DNA of 64,000 nt from Opitutus sp. (lineage in GTDB: Bacteria > Verrucomicrobiota > Verrucomicrobiia > Opitutales > Opitutaceae). The stretch is from positions 1-64,000 of the forward strand of contig JBDSSD010000123.1 of NCBI GenBank assembly GCA_039928945.1, written 5' to 3'. Each line of letters starts with the position of its first letter. Positions within the stretch are counted from its first letter, which is position 1. Both the position numbers and the translations under genes were made by a program. Of this stretch, positions 18,310-27,941 are shown piece after piece. The notes beneath the pieces are model-generated. The model had not been told where the DNA came from. It saw only the letters and a program-made list of their open reading frames with translations, and made no database searches.

Positions 18310-20025
18310 TCAGGAGTTCCGGGCCAGGGGAAGGCTTACGCGCATCGTGGTGCCGTTGGGACCGGTCGACACCAGCGTGATGTCTCCGTGATGGCTTTCG
18401 AGAATACGTTTCGCAATCGCCAGCCCCAACCCTGTTCCCCCCGGTCGACCGGACAGGAACGAGTTGAAGATGCGTGGAGCAAAATCGTCCGGGATGCCGG
18501 TTCCCGTATCAGTCACATGGATGGTCGCGAAGGTGACCGTTCCGCGAATTTCCTCGCCGAGTGTGATCGTGAGTTCTCCTCCGCCGGCCATTGCTTCCGT
18601 CGAATTGAAGATGAGGTTGAGCAGCACCTGCTGAATTTGGCCTTTGTGAGCATCCACCACGAAGGAGCCGACCGGCGTTTCGAACCGCGACTGAACTTGA
18701 GCTTGGGCGAGTTTTGGGCGCACCAGGACCAGCGTATCTGAAATCGTGTCGGTTAAGGACCAGCGCGAATGGAGCGTCGTGGGCGCCTTGGCGAAGTTCA
18801 GTACGCGCAACACGATGGCTTCGAGCTGATCGAGTTTCTCGTTGATCACGCGCAGATCCGTGGAACGTGGATCGCTCGGAGAGAAATCGAAACCAAGGCC
18901 GCCATGGAGCAGTTTGATGACCGTGAGCGGATTTCGAATTTCGTGGGCGATCTCCGCCGCCAACAGCCCGAGCGTCGTGAGTTGTTCGTTTTTGCGCAGT
19001 GTCTCTTCGCTTTGAAAAACGCGGGCGTAGAGCCGGGCGTTTTGGACCGCGACGGCTCCGAGGCTCGCGAGCGTCGTGCACGCTCGTTTCTCGTCATCGT
19101 CGAACCGATGCAGACGGTCGACGAACACCGCCAGCACGCCAAAAACATCCCCTTCGTAAATCAACGGGGTAAACAGCGCCGAGCGTAGGGCCGGGTCAGA
19201 AGGCAGGTCGGCCAAACCTTGGAAGCCGGGAGTCTGTACATCGGAAAACTCCACTGGGCGCTTGGTGTGCAGGGCTGCCGCCAGCAGGCAGGACTCGATG
19301 GGCAGGTCGCCGCTGGGCAGCAGAGCGGCGCCTGGAATTGAGGCGTCCGTGGCCACGCAGCGAACGGAACGCTGGACCGGGTCATGCAGAAAAAAAGCGC
19401 ACAGATGCCCCTGCATCATGCGTCGGGTATCGCGCGTGAGCGTCGCAAACAGCTCCTGCGTTTCGAGCTTGCCGACCAGCGACTGACCCGTGGTGAGCAG
19501 CGTTTCGAGCTGCCGAGCTTTCGACTGCAAGTGGCGCGTCCGCCAGAGCTGCAGGACCACGTGGGTCGTCTCGAGCGTGAGTTGTTCCAGCAGCGTGAGG
19601 TCGTTGGCGGTGAAGCCACCGACACGGTCGCTCTCAAGATCGATCACGCCGATTACGGCATCTCGATCCGTCATGGGAGCGGCCATTTCACACTTGGCCG
19701 TAGGACGGACTGCGATGTAGCGGAGTTCCGCCGCGACGTCGGGAACGAGCAAGGAGCGGGAATTCAGCACGCACCAGCCGGTCACTCCGTGGCCAAGTTT
19801 TAAACCAGCGGGGTCTCGTCCGGCTGGCATGCCGAGTTGAACTTCAACCTCGAGCCGGCCACTGCTGGGGTTGAGCAGCGCAATCGATCCCGCGTCGGCA
19901 GAGAATGTTTCCGCGAGGATCGCGAGCGCCTCGTTGAGGGCGGCGTTCGGGTCGAGCGCCCGACCGGCCAACGCCGTTAACCGGTAGAGAGCGGGTAGGG
20001 CGCGTGGATCGGCAGACGTCGACAT
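18310..20025 (-). CDS. GAF-domain sensor histidine kinase (cytoplasmic; HisKA + HATPase_c)
   Basis: Two GAF-like regions are followed by the H-box (..LAAEIAHEIRNPLTVIK..), N-box (LLNLIFNSTEAM) and G-boxes (DTGTGIP, GGTGLGLAIAK). Confidence 0.85.
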   Translation of the reverse strand: MSTSADPRALPALYRLTALAGRALDPNAALNEALAILAETFSADAGSIALLNPSSGRLEVEVQLGMPAGRDPAGLKLGHGVTGWCVLNSRSLLVPDVAAELRYIAVRPTAKCEMAAPMTDRDAVIGVIDLESDRVGGFTANDLTLLEQLTLETTHVVLQLWRTRHLQSKARQLETLLTTGQSLVGKLETQELFATLTRDTRRMMQGHLCAFFLHDPVQRSVRCVATDASIPGAALLPSGDLPIESCLLAAALHTKRPVEFSDVQTPGFQGLADLPSDPALRSALFTPLIYEGDVFGVLAVFVDRLHRFDDDEKRACTTLASLGAVAVQNARLYARVFQSEETLRKNEQLTTLGLLAAEIAHEIRNPLTVIKLLHGGLGFDFSPSDPRSTDLRVINEKLDQLEAIVLRVLNFAKAPTTLHSRWSLTDTISDTLVLVRPKLAQAQVQSRFETPVGSFVVDAHKGQIQQVLLNLIFNSTEAMAGGGELTITLGEEIRGTVTFATIHVTDTGTGIPDDFAPRIFNSFLSGRPGGTGLGLAIAKRILESHHGDITLVSTGPNGTTMRVSLPLARNS

Positions 20026-20081
20026 GGTGGCGCGTCAGTGTGCAGACGCGACCTGCGCGTGAACAACTCGAAACGTCAGCG

Positions 20082-22937
20082 TCAGCTCGCAGCCGCGACA
20101 GCCACCGGCTTGATGACTTCAGTCAGCGTATCGCGAAGCGCCTGGAGCCGCGGAGTGTCGACGGGGAGTGCGGCCTCCGAACTTTCGATATAGAACGTGT
20201 CGATCGCCACGCCGCGCTCGGTTCCAATGCGTGCAAAGGTGATGTCGAAGCCGTGATCTGAAATGATTTTGGCCAGCCGGTAGAGCAGACCAATTTGATC
20301 CCGGGCCTGGATTTCGACGATCGTCCGCTGCATCGCGAGCTCGTGATAAACTTCGACCGTGGGCGGAAACGATGTGTGCAGCGCCTCACCGTTGGTGGAA
20401 GCCGTGAAACGGCTGGCGGCGTATTTTTTCGCCTGCGCCACGATGTCGGGATAGAGGTCTTTGTTGGATACGAGCGCACCCTCGATGGTGCGCGCAAACG
20501 TTTCCTGCGCGCTGGCGCTCTGTACAACTCCGCGACCCGGCTCGACGACGTAGAAGGTATCGATGGCGATATGGTCGGACCGCGAAATGATCTTGGCGCC
20601 GAGAATACTGAGTCCCGCCACGCTGAAAGCGCCCGCCAGTTTGTAGAAGAGACCGGCTCGGTCCCACGTGACCACATTAACGACGGTCAGCGAGCGGTTG
20701 AGGTCATCTTTCCATTCGATGACGGGTTTCAGGGAGCCGACTGAATCTGCGTTGGCGATCGATTTGAACAATCGATTCACCATCTGGATGTGGAGCGCGA
20801 TCTCGTCTGAATCCGTCTGGATAAAATACCGTTCGGGGAGCAGGCCAAAATGAGCTACGATCTCGTCCGCGCTGATGCCGGGGATTTTGCGGGCAATAAG
20901 TTCCTGTTGGGTCATTTGCTTCTTCGTTTCGTAAGAGGCGTGAACAGCGTCGCCGAGATTGAGGTGCTCTAGCGTAGCGAGGTAGAGATGGGTGTGAAGT
21001 GTATCTTTGTAACTATTCCAGAGACTGGCGGCCGTGCCACGCGCATCGCAGAAGGTGTGGACGTAAAGATTACGGAGCTTTTCGGCATCTTCCACGAGTT
21101 CAGCAAAAGCAGCAGCGGTGTTGGGATCATCGACATCACGCTTCTGCCAGAATCGTGCCATAACGAGATGATTTTTGATCACGAACGCGACCAAGTCTCG
21201 CGCTTCAGACGAAACGCCGAGCCGTTTCAGGATGGGCAAGGCGATGACGACACCCTTCTCCGCGTGTCCCTTAATCCCTTCAGCTTTTCCGATATCGTGG
21301 AGCAGTAACGTGAGATACAGCAGCGTCGGATCGGTCGTTTCATGCAGCGCTTCCCGGTATTTCAGCGTGATCGGCTCGGCGTCGGTGAAAATCAGGTCGA
21401 GCTGGCGAATAGCTTCCAGCGTGTGAACGTCGGCCGTATAGCGATGGTAAAACTCGTGCTGAACCAGGCAGGTGAGGCCGTCGAATTCCGGGATAAAACG
21501 GCCCAGAACGCCGAGCTCGTGCATGAAGTTGAGCGTCGGGAAAACAGCCCCGGCCTCGGACAGAATCGCGCGAAAACTGATGTTCGCGTCATGGGAATGC
21601 CTGACGTCTTGCGTCAACAAGGGGAGCGACTGTCGGATCAAGGCCGCCAAGTGGAAATCCAAGGCGCAATCCAGTTGTTGCAGGTGCCGAAACACCCGGA
21701 TCAGCCGAACCGGATCCTGTTCGAAGACGTGATCGTCTTCGGCAGCGAGGTCGCGGCCGCGAAGCACGAAGCCGTCGAAGCGTTTGCTGCGACGGAAGCG
21801 GGAAGCGCGCAGGCTTTCCCGAAAGGAAACGCGAGCTCCGTGGGCGTCGCGTCCAATGATGAGCGCCAGCCGGCTCTCGATCAGTTTCGACACGCGAAAA
21901 ATCGTCTGCGCGGAGCGATAGTACTCCTGCATGAAGTGTTCCACTCGCGCGAGGAGGTCGGCTTCCGGATAGCCGAGGTTTTGCGCCACACGTGGTTGCA
22001 GATCCAGATCGAGCAGGTCAGTGGGCCGCGTACTCAGAAAATGGAGTTCATTGCGCACGCGCAGGAGAAAATCGTAAGCGCGGGTGAACTCCGCGAGCTC
22101 GTCGGGCCGGAGATAATTTTGCACCACCAGCTCCTCGATCTGCGAAATCCCGAGTTTCACCCGGGACATCCAGAGTGCGTTCTGGTAATCGCGCAGGCCA
22201 CCCACGCCGTTTTTCAGGTCCGGTTCCTGGAGAAAAACGGTGTCGCCGTACTTGGCCCTTCGTTGCGCCTGATCAGTCAAGCGCGCAGCGATGTACCCCT
22301 TCGGATCTTCCGCGGTCGAAAATGCCCGGTATGCCTGGACGAAGGTGTCATAGAGTACCGTCGAGCCGGCGATCAGCCGCGACTCGAGGAGCGACGTGAG
22401 CGTTTGAATATCCTTCCGCGCCTCAGCGAACACTTCGTCCACGTTGCGGACGGAATGGCCGACCTTAAGCCCGCAATCCCACAGCGGGTACAGGATGTCG
22501 TTGGTCAGGTGTTCAAGGAACTCCTTGATGGCCGACGGCTTTGTTTTCGCTGGGAAAAGAAACATCACGTCGATGTCGCTGAGTGGGCTGAGCTCACCGC
22601 GCCCGTAACCGCCGAGCGCGACGAGGGCGACCGGTGCAGGCGGCTTGCCCTTCACTGCCGCAAAGCGCCGCATCGCATGGTCAAATAGTTCGCGGAGCAT
22701 GCGATCCATGAATGTCGCCCGCGCCCGCGCGACTTCCAGACCCGAACCGCCCGCGGCATGGCGCGCCCGCAGTGCCGTCATTTCAGCCAGCAGGTAGGCT
22801 TTGCAGGCGGCAAGTCGCTCTGCTGGAGCGGTGTTGTCGGAAAAGGCGAGAAGGTCGACCGGACTGGCGAGGGGAACGGACATGAAAGGAGCAACAATGA
22901 GCGCAAAGTTTTGCGGCGTGCGAGGGGATTTAACCAC
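20082..22937 (-). CDS. glnD: [protein-PII] uridylyltransferase / uridylyl-removing enzyme
   Basis: The 951-aa ORF has a nucleotidyltransferase motif (..GGYGRGELSPLSDIDVMFLF..), an HD domain (..LLLHDIGK..) and two C-terminal ACT domains. Confidence 0.9.
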   Translation of the reverse strand: MVKSPRTPQNFALIVAPFMSVPLASPVDLLAFSDNTAPAERLAACKAYLLAEMTALRARHAAGGSGLEVARARATFMDRMLRELFDHAMRRFAAVKGKPPAPVALVALGGYGRGELSPLSDIDVMFLFPAKTKPSAIKEFLEHLTNDILYPLWDCGLKVGHSVRNVDEVFAEARKDIQTLTSLLESRLIAGSTVLYDTFVQAYRAFSTAEDPKGYIAARLTDQAQRRAKYGDTVFLQEPDLKNGVGGLRDYQNALWMSRVKLGISQIEELVVQNYLRPDELAEFTRAYDFLLRVRNELHFLSTRPTDLLDLDLQPRVAQNLGYPEADLLARVEHFMQEYYRSAQTIFRVSKLIESRLALIIGRDAHGARVSFRESLRASRFRRSKRFDGFVLRGRDLAAEDDHVFEQDPVRLIRVFRHLQQLDCALDFHLAALIRQSLPLLTQDVRHSHDANISFRAILSEAGAVFPTLNFMHELGVLGRFIPEFDGLTCLVQHEFYHRYTADVHTLEAIRQLDLIFTDAEPITLKYREALHETTDPTLLYLTLLLHDIGKAEGIKGHAEKGVVIALPILKRLGVSSEARDLVAFVIKNHLVMARFWQKRDVDDPNTAAAFAELVEDAEKLRNLYVHTFCDARGTAASLWNSYKDTLHTHLYLATLEHLNLGDAVHASYETKKQMTQQELIARKIPGISADEIVAHFGLLPERYFIQTDSDEIALHIQMVNRLFKSIANADSVGSLKPVIEWKDDLNRSLTVVNVVTWDRAGLFYKLAGAFSVAGLSILGAKIISRSDHIAIDTFYVVEPGRGVVQSASAQETFARTIEGALVSNKDLYPDIVAQAKKYAASRFTASTNGEALHTSFPPTVEVYHELAMQRTIVEIQARDQIGLLYRLAKIISDHGFDITFARIGTERGVAIDTFYIESSEAALPVDTPRLQALRDTLTEVIKPVAVAAAS

Positions 22938-22990
22938 TTGCCTCGCGCCGGCCCGAGCGGTTTTCTCAACCTTCCCGTCCTCTCACGACC

Positions 22991-25696
22991 ATGGCCGAAA
23001 TCACCAAGAGCTACGAAGCACGCGACGTTGAGCAAAAATGGTATGCAGCCTGGCTGCAGGCCAAAGCCTTCCGTGGCACGGTCGATCCGCAGCGCGAGCC
23101 GTACAGCATCGTCATTCCGCCACCGAATGTGACGGGTGTGCTGACGATGGGGCATGTGTTGAACAACACGTTGCAGGACGTGTTGATTCGCCGCGCCCGG
23201 CTGGAGGGGCGCTCAGCCATGTGGTTGCCCGGGACGGACCATGCGGGCATCGCGACCCAGACGGTGGTGGAGCGCGAGTTGCGGAAGCAGAAGAAGACCC
23301 GGCACGACTTCGGTCGCGAAAAATTCGTCGAGAAGGTGTGGGAATGGCGGCACGAGAAAGGCGGGATCATCCTCGAACAACTCCGGCGGCTGGGCGCTTC
23401 ATGCGATTGGGACCGAACGGCGTTCACGATGGATCCCGCTTATTCGAAGCGCGTCCTGCACGTGTTCGTGGAGTTGTTCAAACGTGGTCACATTTATCGC
23501 GGTAAGCGCATGGTGAACTGGTGCCCGGCGTCTTTGACCGCGCTGTCCGACGAGGAAGTCATCATGAAGCCGGTGAACAGCACGCTCTACCGGGTGCGGT
23601 ACGAGCTCGCGTCTCAACCCGGCCGTTTCGTCGAGGTGAAAACTACGCGGCCGGAGACGATCCCTGGAGACGTAGCGATTGCGGTGCACCCGGACGATCC
23701 GCGATTTGCCGACATGATCGGGCAGAAGGTGCGCCGTCCAATCGGGCCGGCGGCGGATATTCCGATCATCGCCGATAGCGCGGTGGACAAGGAGTTCGGT
23801 TCGGGGGCGCTGAAGATCACCCCGGCTCACGACAAAGTGGATTATGAAATCGGACTCCGGCACAAGCTGCCGGTGATCGATGTGTTGGAAGCAAATGGCA
23901 CGTTGAACGCGCTCGCCGGCGATGAGCTCGCCGGACTCGATCGCTTCGCTGGACGCAAGAAAGCGGCCGAGCTGCTGCGGGCGTCGGGCGCGCTGGTGGA
24001 TGAGGAAGCCTATTCGAATAATGTGGGGTATTCAGAACGCGCGGACGTTCCGATTGAGCCACGGCTCACCGAGCAGTGGTGGCTTCGCTACCCGAAAGTG
24101 GAGGAGGCGAAAGCCGCAGTGCGTGACGGTCACATCAAGTTTCATCCGGAGCGGTGGTCGAAGGTGTACCTGCACTGGCTCGAGAACATCCAGGATTGGT
24201 GCATCAGCCGACAGCTCTGGTGGGGCCACCGGATTCCCGTGTGGTACCGCAAAGGCGCAGATCGCTCCGACCCGCAGAACTGGCATGTGTCAGTGGACGG
24301 CCCGGCTGATCCGCAGAATTGGGAGCAGGAGAATGACGTGCTCGATACGTGGGCATCGTCGTGGCTTTGGCCGTTCGCGACGCTGGGCTGGCCCGACGAA
24401 GGCGAGATGAAGCAGCAGGGCTTCGACTATTTTTATCCCACGTCCACGTTGGTGACAGGCCCGGATATTATCTTCTTCTGGGTGGCGCGCATGATCATGG
24501 CCGGGCTGGAATTTGTCCGACCGGGTGAACCGATCGAGCGACGGATTCCGTTTAGGGACGTTTATTTCACCGGCATCATTCGCGATCAGCAGGGGCGCAA
24601 GATGTCGAAGTCGCTCGGCAATTCGCCGGATCCACTCGATCTCATCGCAACGTACGGCGCCGACGGACTCCGCTTCGGGATCGTGTCGATCGCGCCGCAA
24701 GGTCAGGACATCCGATTCCAGGAGGACCGGATCGAGAGCGGCAAAAACTTCTGCAACAAGCTTTGGAACGCGTGCCGCTTCCGGCAGATGAGCGGCGAGG
24801 CCGGAGATAACTCGACGTTGGGTGCGATCATCACGCGGCTCGATCCGTCACGCTTTGATGGTGACGACCACGCGATCCTCGATCGCTTGCTTGTGACTAC
24901 GAAAGAAGTGGAACGCTGCTTCCGCGAATTTGAATTCAGTGCGGCGGTGCAGGCGTTGTATGGGTTTTTCTGGAACGACTTTTGCGATTGGTACGTGGAA
25001 GTCTCCAAGTCGAAGTTGCAGGCGCCGGAAACGAAACCGAACTGCCTTGCGATCCAGGACCTCGTGCTGCGTCAGACGCTGCTGCTGCTGCATCCCTTCG
25101 TCCCGTTCATCACGGAGGAACTCTGGAGTTTGTTGGGGTATGCCAATCAAGGCGGCTTCATCCAGACGACGCGTCTGGAAACTGCCGCTGGACTGCAAGC
25201 CGCTTTGGAAGCCCGCGGATTGGTGCTGGACCGAGCGCTGATCGCCGGAGTGGAGAGCTTGAAAACGTTTGTGTCACAAGCACGCGCGTTGAAAGCGGAG
25301 CACAATCTGGCGAGCCGGCGTGATGTGCAGTTTCAAGTCATCGCAAATGACGCAGCGTGGGCGACACTCGACGCGAGTACGGCCAAGCTGATTCGAATGG
25401 TGGGTGCCGCGGGGATGGCGCGTCGCGATAAAGTTGAAGGTGCGCCTGCGGTGGTCACCCCGCTGGGCACGCTGTATCTGGATCTCGCGAGTACTGTCGA
25501 CGTCGGCGCCGAGAAAATCCGGCTGACGAAAGAGCTCGAGGCGATCTCGAAGCACGTCGCGGCGACGGAAGCGCGTTTGAGCAACGAGGCGTTCGTGAGC
25601 AAGGCGCCACCGGCTGTGTTGGCGGGCGCGCGCAAACAGCTGGCTGATCAACAGGCGAAGCGCGCCGAGCTCGAACGCTTGCTCAAAGCGCTGTAA
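22991..25696 (+). CDS. valS: valine--tRNA ligase
   Basis: HIGH-type motif (PPNVTGVLTMGHVLN), KMSKS (RKMSKSLGNS) and a C-terminal coiled coil are present. The length is 901 aa. Confidence 0.92.
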   Translation: MAEITKSYEARDVEQKWYAAWLQAKAFRGTVDPQREPYSIVIPPPNVTGVLTMGHVLNNTLQDVLIRRARLEGRSAMWLPGTDHAGIATQTVVERELRKQKKTRHDFGREKFVEKVWEWRHEKGGIILEQLRRLGASCDWDRTAFTMDPAYSKRVLHVFVELFKRGHIYRGKRMVNWCPASLTALSDEEVIMKPVNSTLYRVRYELASQPGRFVEVKTTRPETIPGDVAIAVHPDDPRFADMIGQKVRRPIGPAADIPIIADSAVDKEFGSGALKITPAHDKVDYEIGLRHKLPVIDVLEANGTLNALAGDELAGLDRFAGRKKAAELLRASGALVDEEAYSNNVGYSERADVPIEPRLTEQWWLRYPKVEEAKAAVRDGHIKFHPERWSKVYLHWLENIQDWCISRQLWWGHRIPVWYRKGADRSDPQNWHVSVDGPADPQNWEQENDVLDTWASSWLWPFATLGWPDEGEMKQQGFDYFYPTSTLVTGPDIIFFWVARMIMAGLEFVRPGEPIERRIPFRDVYFTGIIRDQQGRKMSKSLGNSPDPLDLIATYGADGLRFGIVSIAPQGQDIRFQEDRIESGKNFCNKLWNACRFRQMSGEAGDNSTLGAIITRLDPSRFDGDDHAILDRLLVTTKEVERCFREFEFSAAVQALYGFFWNDFCDWYVEVSKSKLQAPETKPNCLAIQDLVLRQTLLLLHPFVPFITEELWSLLGYANQGGFIQTTRLETAAGLQAALEARGLVLDRALIAGVESLKTFVSQARALKAEHNLASRRDVQFQVIANDAAWATLDASTAKLIRMVGAAGMARRDKVEGAPAVVTPLGTLYLDLASTVDVGAEKIRLTKELEAISKHVAATEARLSNEAFVSKAPPAVLAGARKQLADQQAKRAELERLLKAL

Positions 25697-25784
25697 GGGC
25701 GATCAACGAAGGCTGGGGCGCCGCTCGAGTGCGGTCGCTATTTGCTGGGCGCGACGGACTTCCCATAAAGGCGAGGCCTTCCGT

Positions 25785-25811
25785 GTAGGTCAGCGCGCTC
25801 GCGCGCGCTCC
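25785..25811 (+). repeat. family-B palindromic repeat copy (GTAGGTCAGCGCGCTCGCGCGCGCTCC)
   Basis: It is near-identical to 7631-7657. Confidence 0.6.
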
Positions 25812-26112
25812 GTTGCTGGACATTCCGGGGCCGGTCGCAGTCGACCGGCGCCGCGGAGGATTGGAGCTGACGAGTGCGAGTGAACGCCGGCGTGTCTGGG
25901 GCGGATACTCCGCGGATGAGCGCGTCGGTTCGAACCGCAGCAAACAGCGGCCTTCGAACGAGGACGCATCACGTTATGCGAGCGGAGATCAGGAAGTTTA
26001 CGCGCCGGCTGGGCCGAACTTTTGCGCGGCCGATAGGTCTGGGTTCGCCGGAGCGAAGCCACACTGCGCATGAAAATATTTTCCACGCCTTGCCAGTCAG
26101 GGCCGAACGCCA

Positions 26113-27120
26113 ATGCGGCCGCGGATCAGGAGCTGCGTCGGCTCCACGCTGCCAGTCGCCCTACGCTGCACGAAATGGTGGCGACGCCGGAAGCAGCGGG
26201 ATTTTGTTTTCATCTCGAATCTGCCGCTGGACGTTGATCAGCGAGCGCTGCGCAATCATCCACTTTTCCTCCGATTTCTGCACAAGACGTACGCGCTGTG
26301 GGATTCGTGGAATACTCCCTTTCTCCTGCCCGGCATTTACGTGAACGCGACGCGCGGGAGCGGGCTGGGTCGATTTCGGACGGGCTCCTATGCGCTACAT
26401 CACCCGGATTTCAAGAATCCGTACATCCAGGCGTTCACCGCTGCCGCGTCACCCGAGCGGAGGCCGGATCTGCTCTTCTCGTTTCTAGGGCGAAACTGCC
26501 ATCCGTGCCGCGCTCAGCTTTTTTCCGCACCCAAGCGTCGCGAGGACGTGTGGTTGGAAGACACCTCGCGTTTCGACGCGTTTTCCCACGCGAAGTCGGG
26601 GAAAGATGACGATCAACGCCGTTACCTCGAAATCTGTCTTCGCTCCGAGTTCATCCTCTGTCCGCGTGGCGTTGGCGCTTCATCCATCCGCCTCTTTGAG
26701 GCGCTGCGGCTCGGCATTGCGCCCATCATTATTTCGGACGCGTGGAAACCCTGCGTTGGCCCCGACTGGAAGCGCGGGGCGATCTTCATCAAGGAAGCCG
26801 ATGTGGGCCGCGTAGAAGAGATCGTGGCAACCTATGAGCCGCGTTGGCAGGAGATGGGCGCAGCGGCCCGGGCGATTCACGACGCCTATTTCGCGGAGTC
26901 GGCGTATTTCAATTTCCTGGTCGATAACGTGCGCGCGCTTGCGCGTCATCGCGTAGTGCCTGAGCGGATGCTCGCGTGGACCTGGCCGCTGCAGGTCTCG
27001 ATGTACAAAACGAAATCGAAGCTGAGTTCCGTTCCGCGCGGGCGTCGCCTGGCCTACGTGGGCTCCCGAGCGCTGGCCAAAGCAGGAATCAAGGTCCGCC
27101 CGGCGACGTCGGCGCGCTAG
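26113..27120 (+). CDS. exostosin-family (GT47-like) glycosyltransferase
   Basis: It has the C-terminal exostosin signature (..RSEFILCPRGVGASSIRLFEALRLGIAPIIISD..). The start is uncertain. An ATG at 26070 opens MKIFSTP.. in another frame that overlaps this one, which suggests a possible frameshift or sequencing error. Confidence 0.65.
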   Translation: MRPRIRSCVGSTLPVALRCTKWWRRRKQRDFVFISNLPLDVDQRALRNHPLFLRFLHKTYALWDSWNTPFLLPGIYVNATRGSGLGRFRTGSYALHHPDFKNPYIQAFTAAASPERRPDLLFSFLGRNCHPCRAQLFSAPKRREDVWLEDTSRFDAFSHAKSGKDDDQRRYLEICLRSEFILCPRGVGASSIRLFEALRLGIAPIIISDAWKPCVGPDWKRGAIFIKEADVGRVEEIVATYEPRWQEMGAAARAIHDAYFAESAYFNFLVDNVRALARHRVVPERMLAWTWPLQVSMYKTKSKLSSVPRGRRLAYVGSRALAKAGIKVRPATSAR

Positions 27121-27802
27121 CACCGCGTTTCACCTCGAAATGGCGAATCTCCCAGTGGCTCTTGACGGTCCGGAATCCAAACCAACCCGCGCGCAGTGGA
27201 GTGGGATCGGTGAACGCGAACACCTTTTCGCCGTCGCGCCAAAACTCGGCGATTCCGTCTCGAGCCACGACTCGAAGGTGGTAGGTGCGATTGGCGGTGA
27301 GGAGGACTGCGGGATCCCGCAGATCATGCTTGGGCAGTAGCGGTCGCGCGCTGGTGCCATTGTAGCGGCGGAAGCGCGTCGTCGAATTTTCATTACCGCC
27401 CATGCCGACGTAATACGTTTCCAGCGAATCGTAATCAGAAAAACGTCCACCGCGTTTCCGGTCGGGAGAAAACGGACAGGCGTCGGTGCCGGCTGGGTCG
27501 CGCGCCATCCAGAAGCAATTGAGGTCCGAAACCCGATCATACGCGCCGCCGCGGGACACGATGGTCACGTCGTAACTGATCTCGACTGGAGCGGTGAGCT
27601 TTTCGCGAAACCAAACCGTGCAGCCAGCGGCGTCCTCGATGACGAGTGAATCGCCGTCACACCTGACGGTTCCGCCGGGCATCTGCTCCACCTGCCAGAG
27701 ACTGAGATCCGCGGTCGGCTCGGATCCGGATCCAGCAACGATCAGCGATGGCCCAGCCAGCAGGGCAGCAAGGATCAGGACGAAAGCACGAAGCGGGTTC
27801 AT
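27089..27802 (-). CDS. secreted hypothetical protein (concanavalin-like / DUF1961-like), signal peptide MNPLRAFVLILAALLAGPSLIVA
   Basis: Its 3' end overlaps the exostosin gene convergently. The ATG at 27800-27802 was verified. The family assignment is from memory only. Confidence 0.5.
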   Translation of the reverse strand: MNPLRAFVLILAALLAGPSLIVAGSGSEPTADLSLWQVEQMPGGTVRCDGDSLVIEDAAGCTVWFREKLTAPVEISYDVTIVSRGGAYDRVSDLNCFWMARDPAGTDACPFSPDRKRGGRFSDYDSLETYYVGMGGNENSTTRFRRYNGTSARPLLPKHDLRDPAVLLTANRTYHLRVVARDGIAEFWRDGEKVFAFTDPTPLRAGWFGFRTVKSHWEIRHFEVKRGASAPTSPGGP

Positions 27803-27889
27803 GCGGAACCGAATCAAACTCGGTCTCCGCCGGAAATCAAAATGTGCGGCGAGCACATGCTTCATCTGGCTGGAACCCGTGCCCGCTAA

Positions 27890-27914
27890 CGGACGACACG
27901 GAGGTCGTCCCGCC
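27890..27914 (-). repeat. REP hairpin copy A6
   Basis: cggacgacacggaggtcgtcccgcc lies between htpG and the downstream secreted-protein gene. Confidence 0.75.
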
Positions 27915-27941
27915 GCACCGAACCGCCGCGGCCAGGAACAC

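Noticed and set aside
25900-25960. GGTTCGAACC motif resembling a tRNA T-arm
   Set aside because: It is a simple 10-bp palindrome. No acceptor stem, D-arm or anticodon arm can be built around it, so it is not a tRNA.
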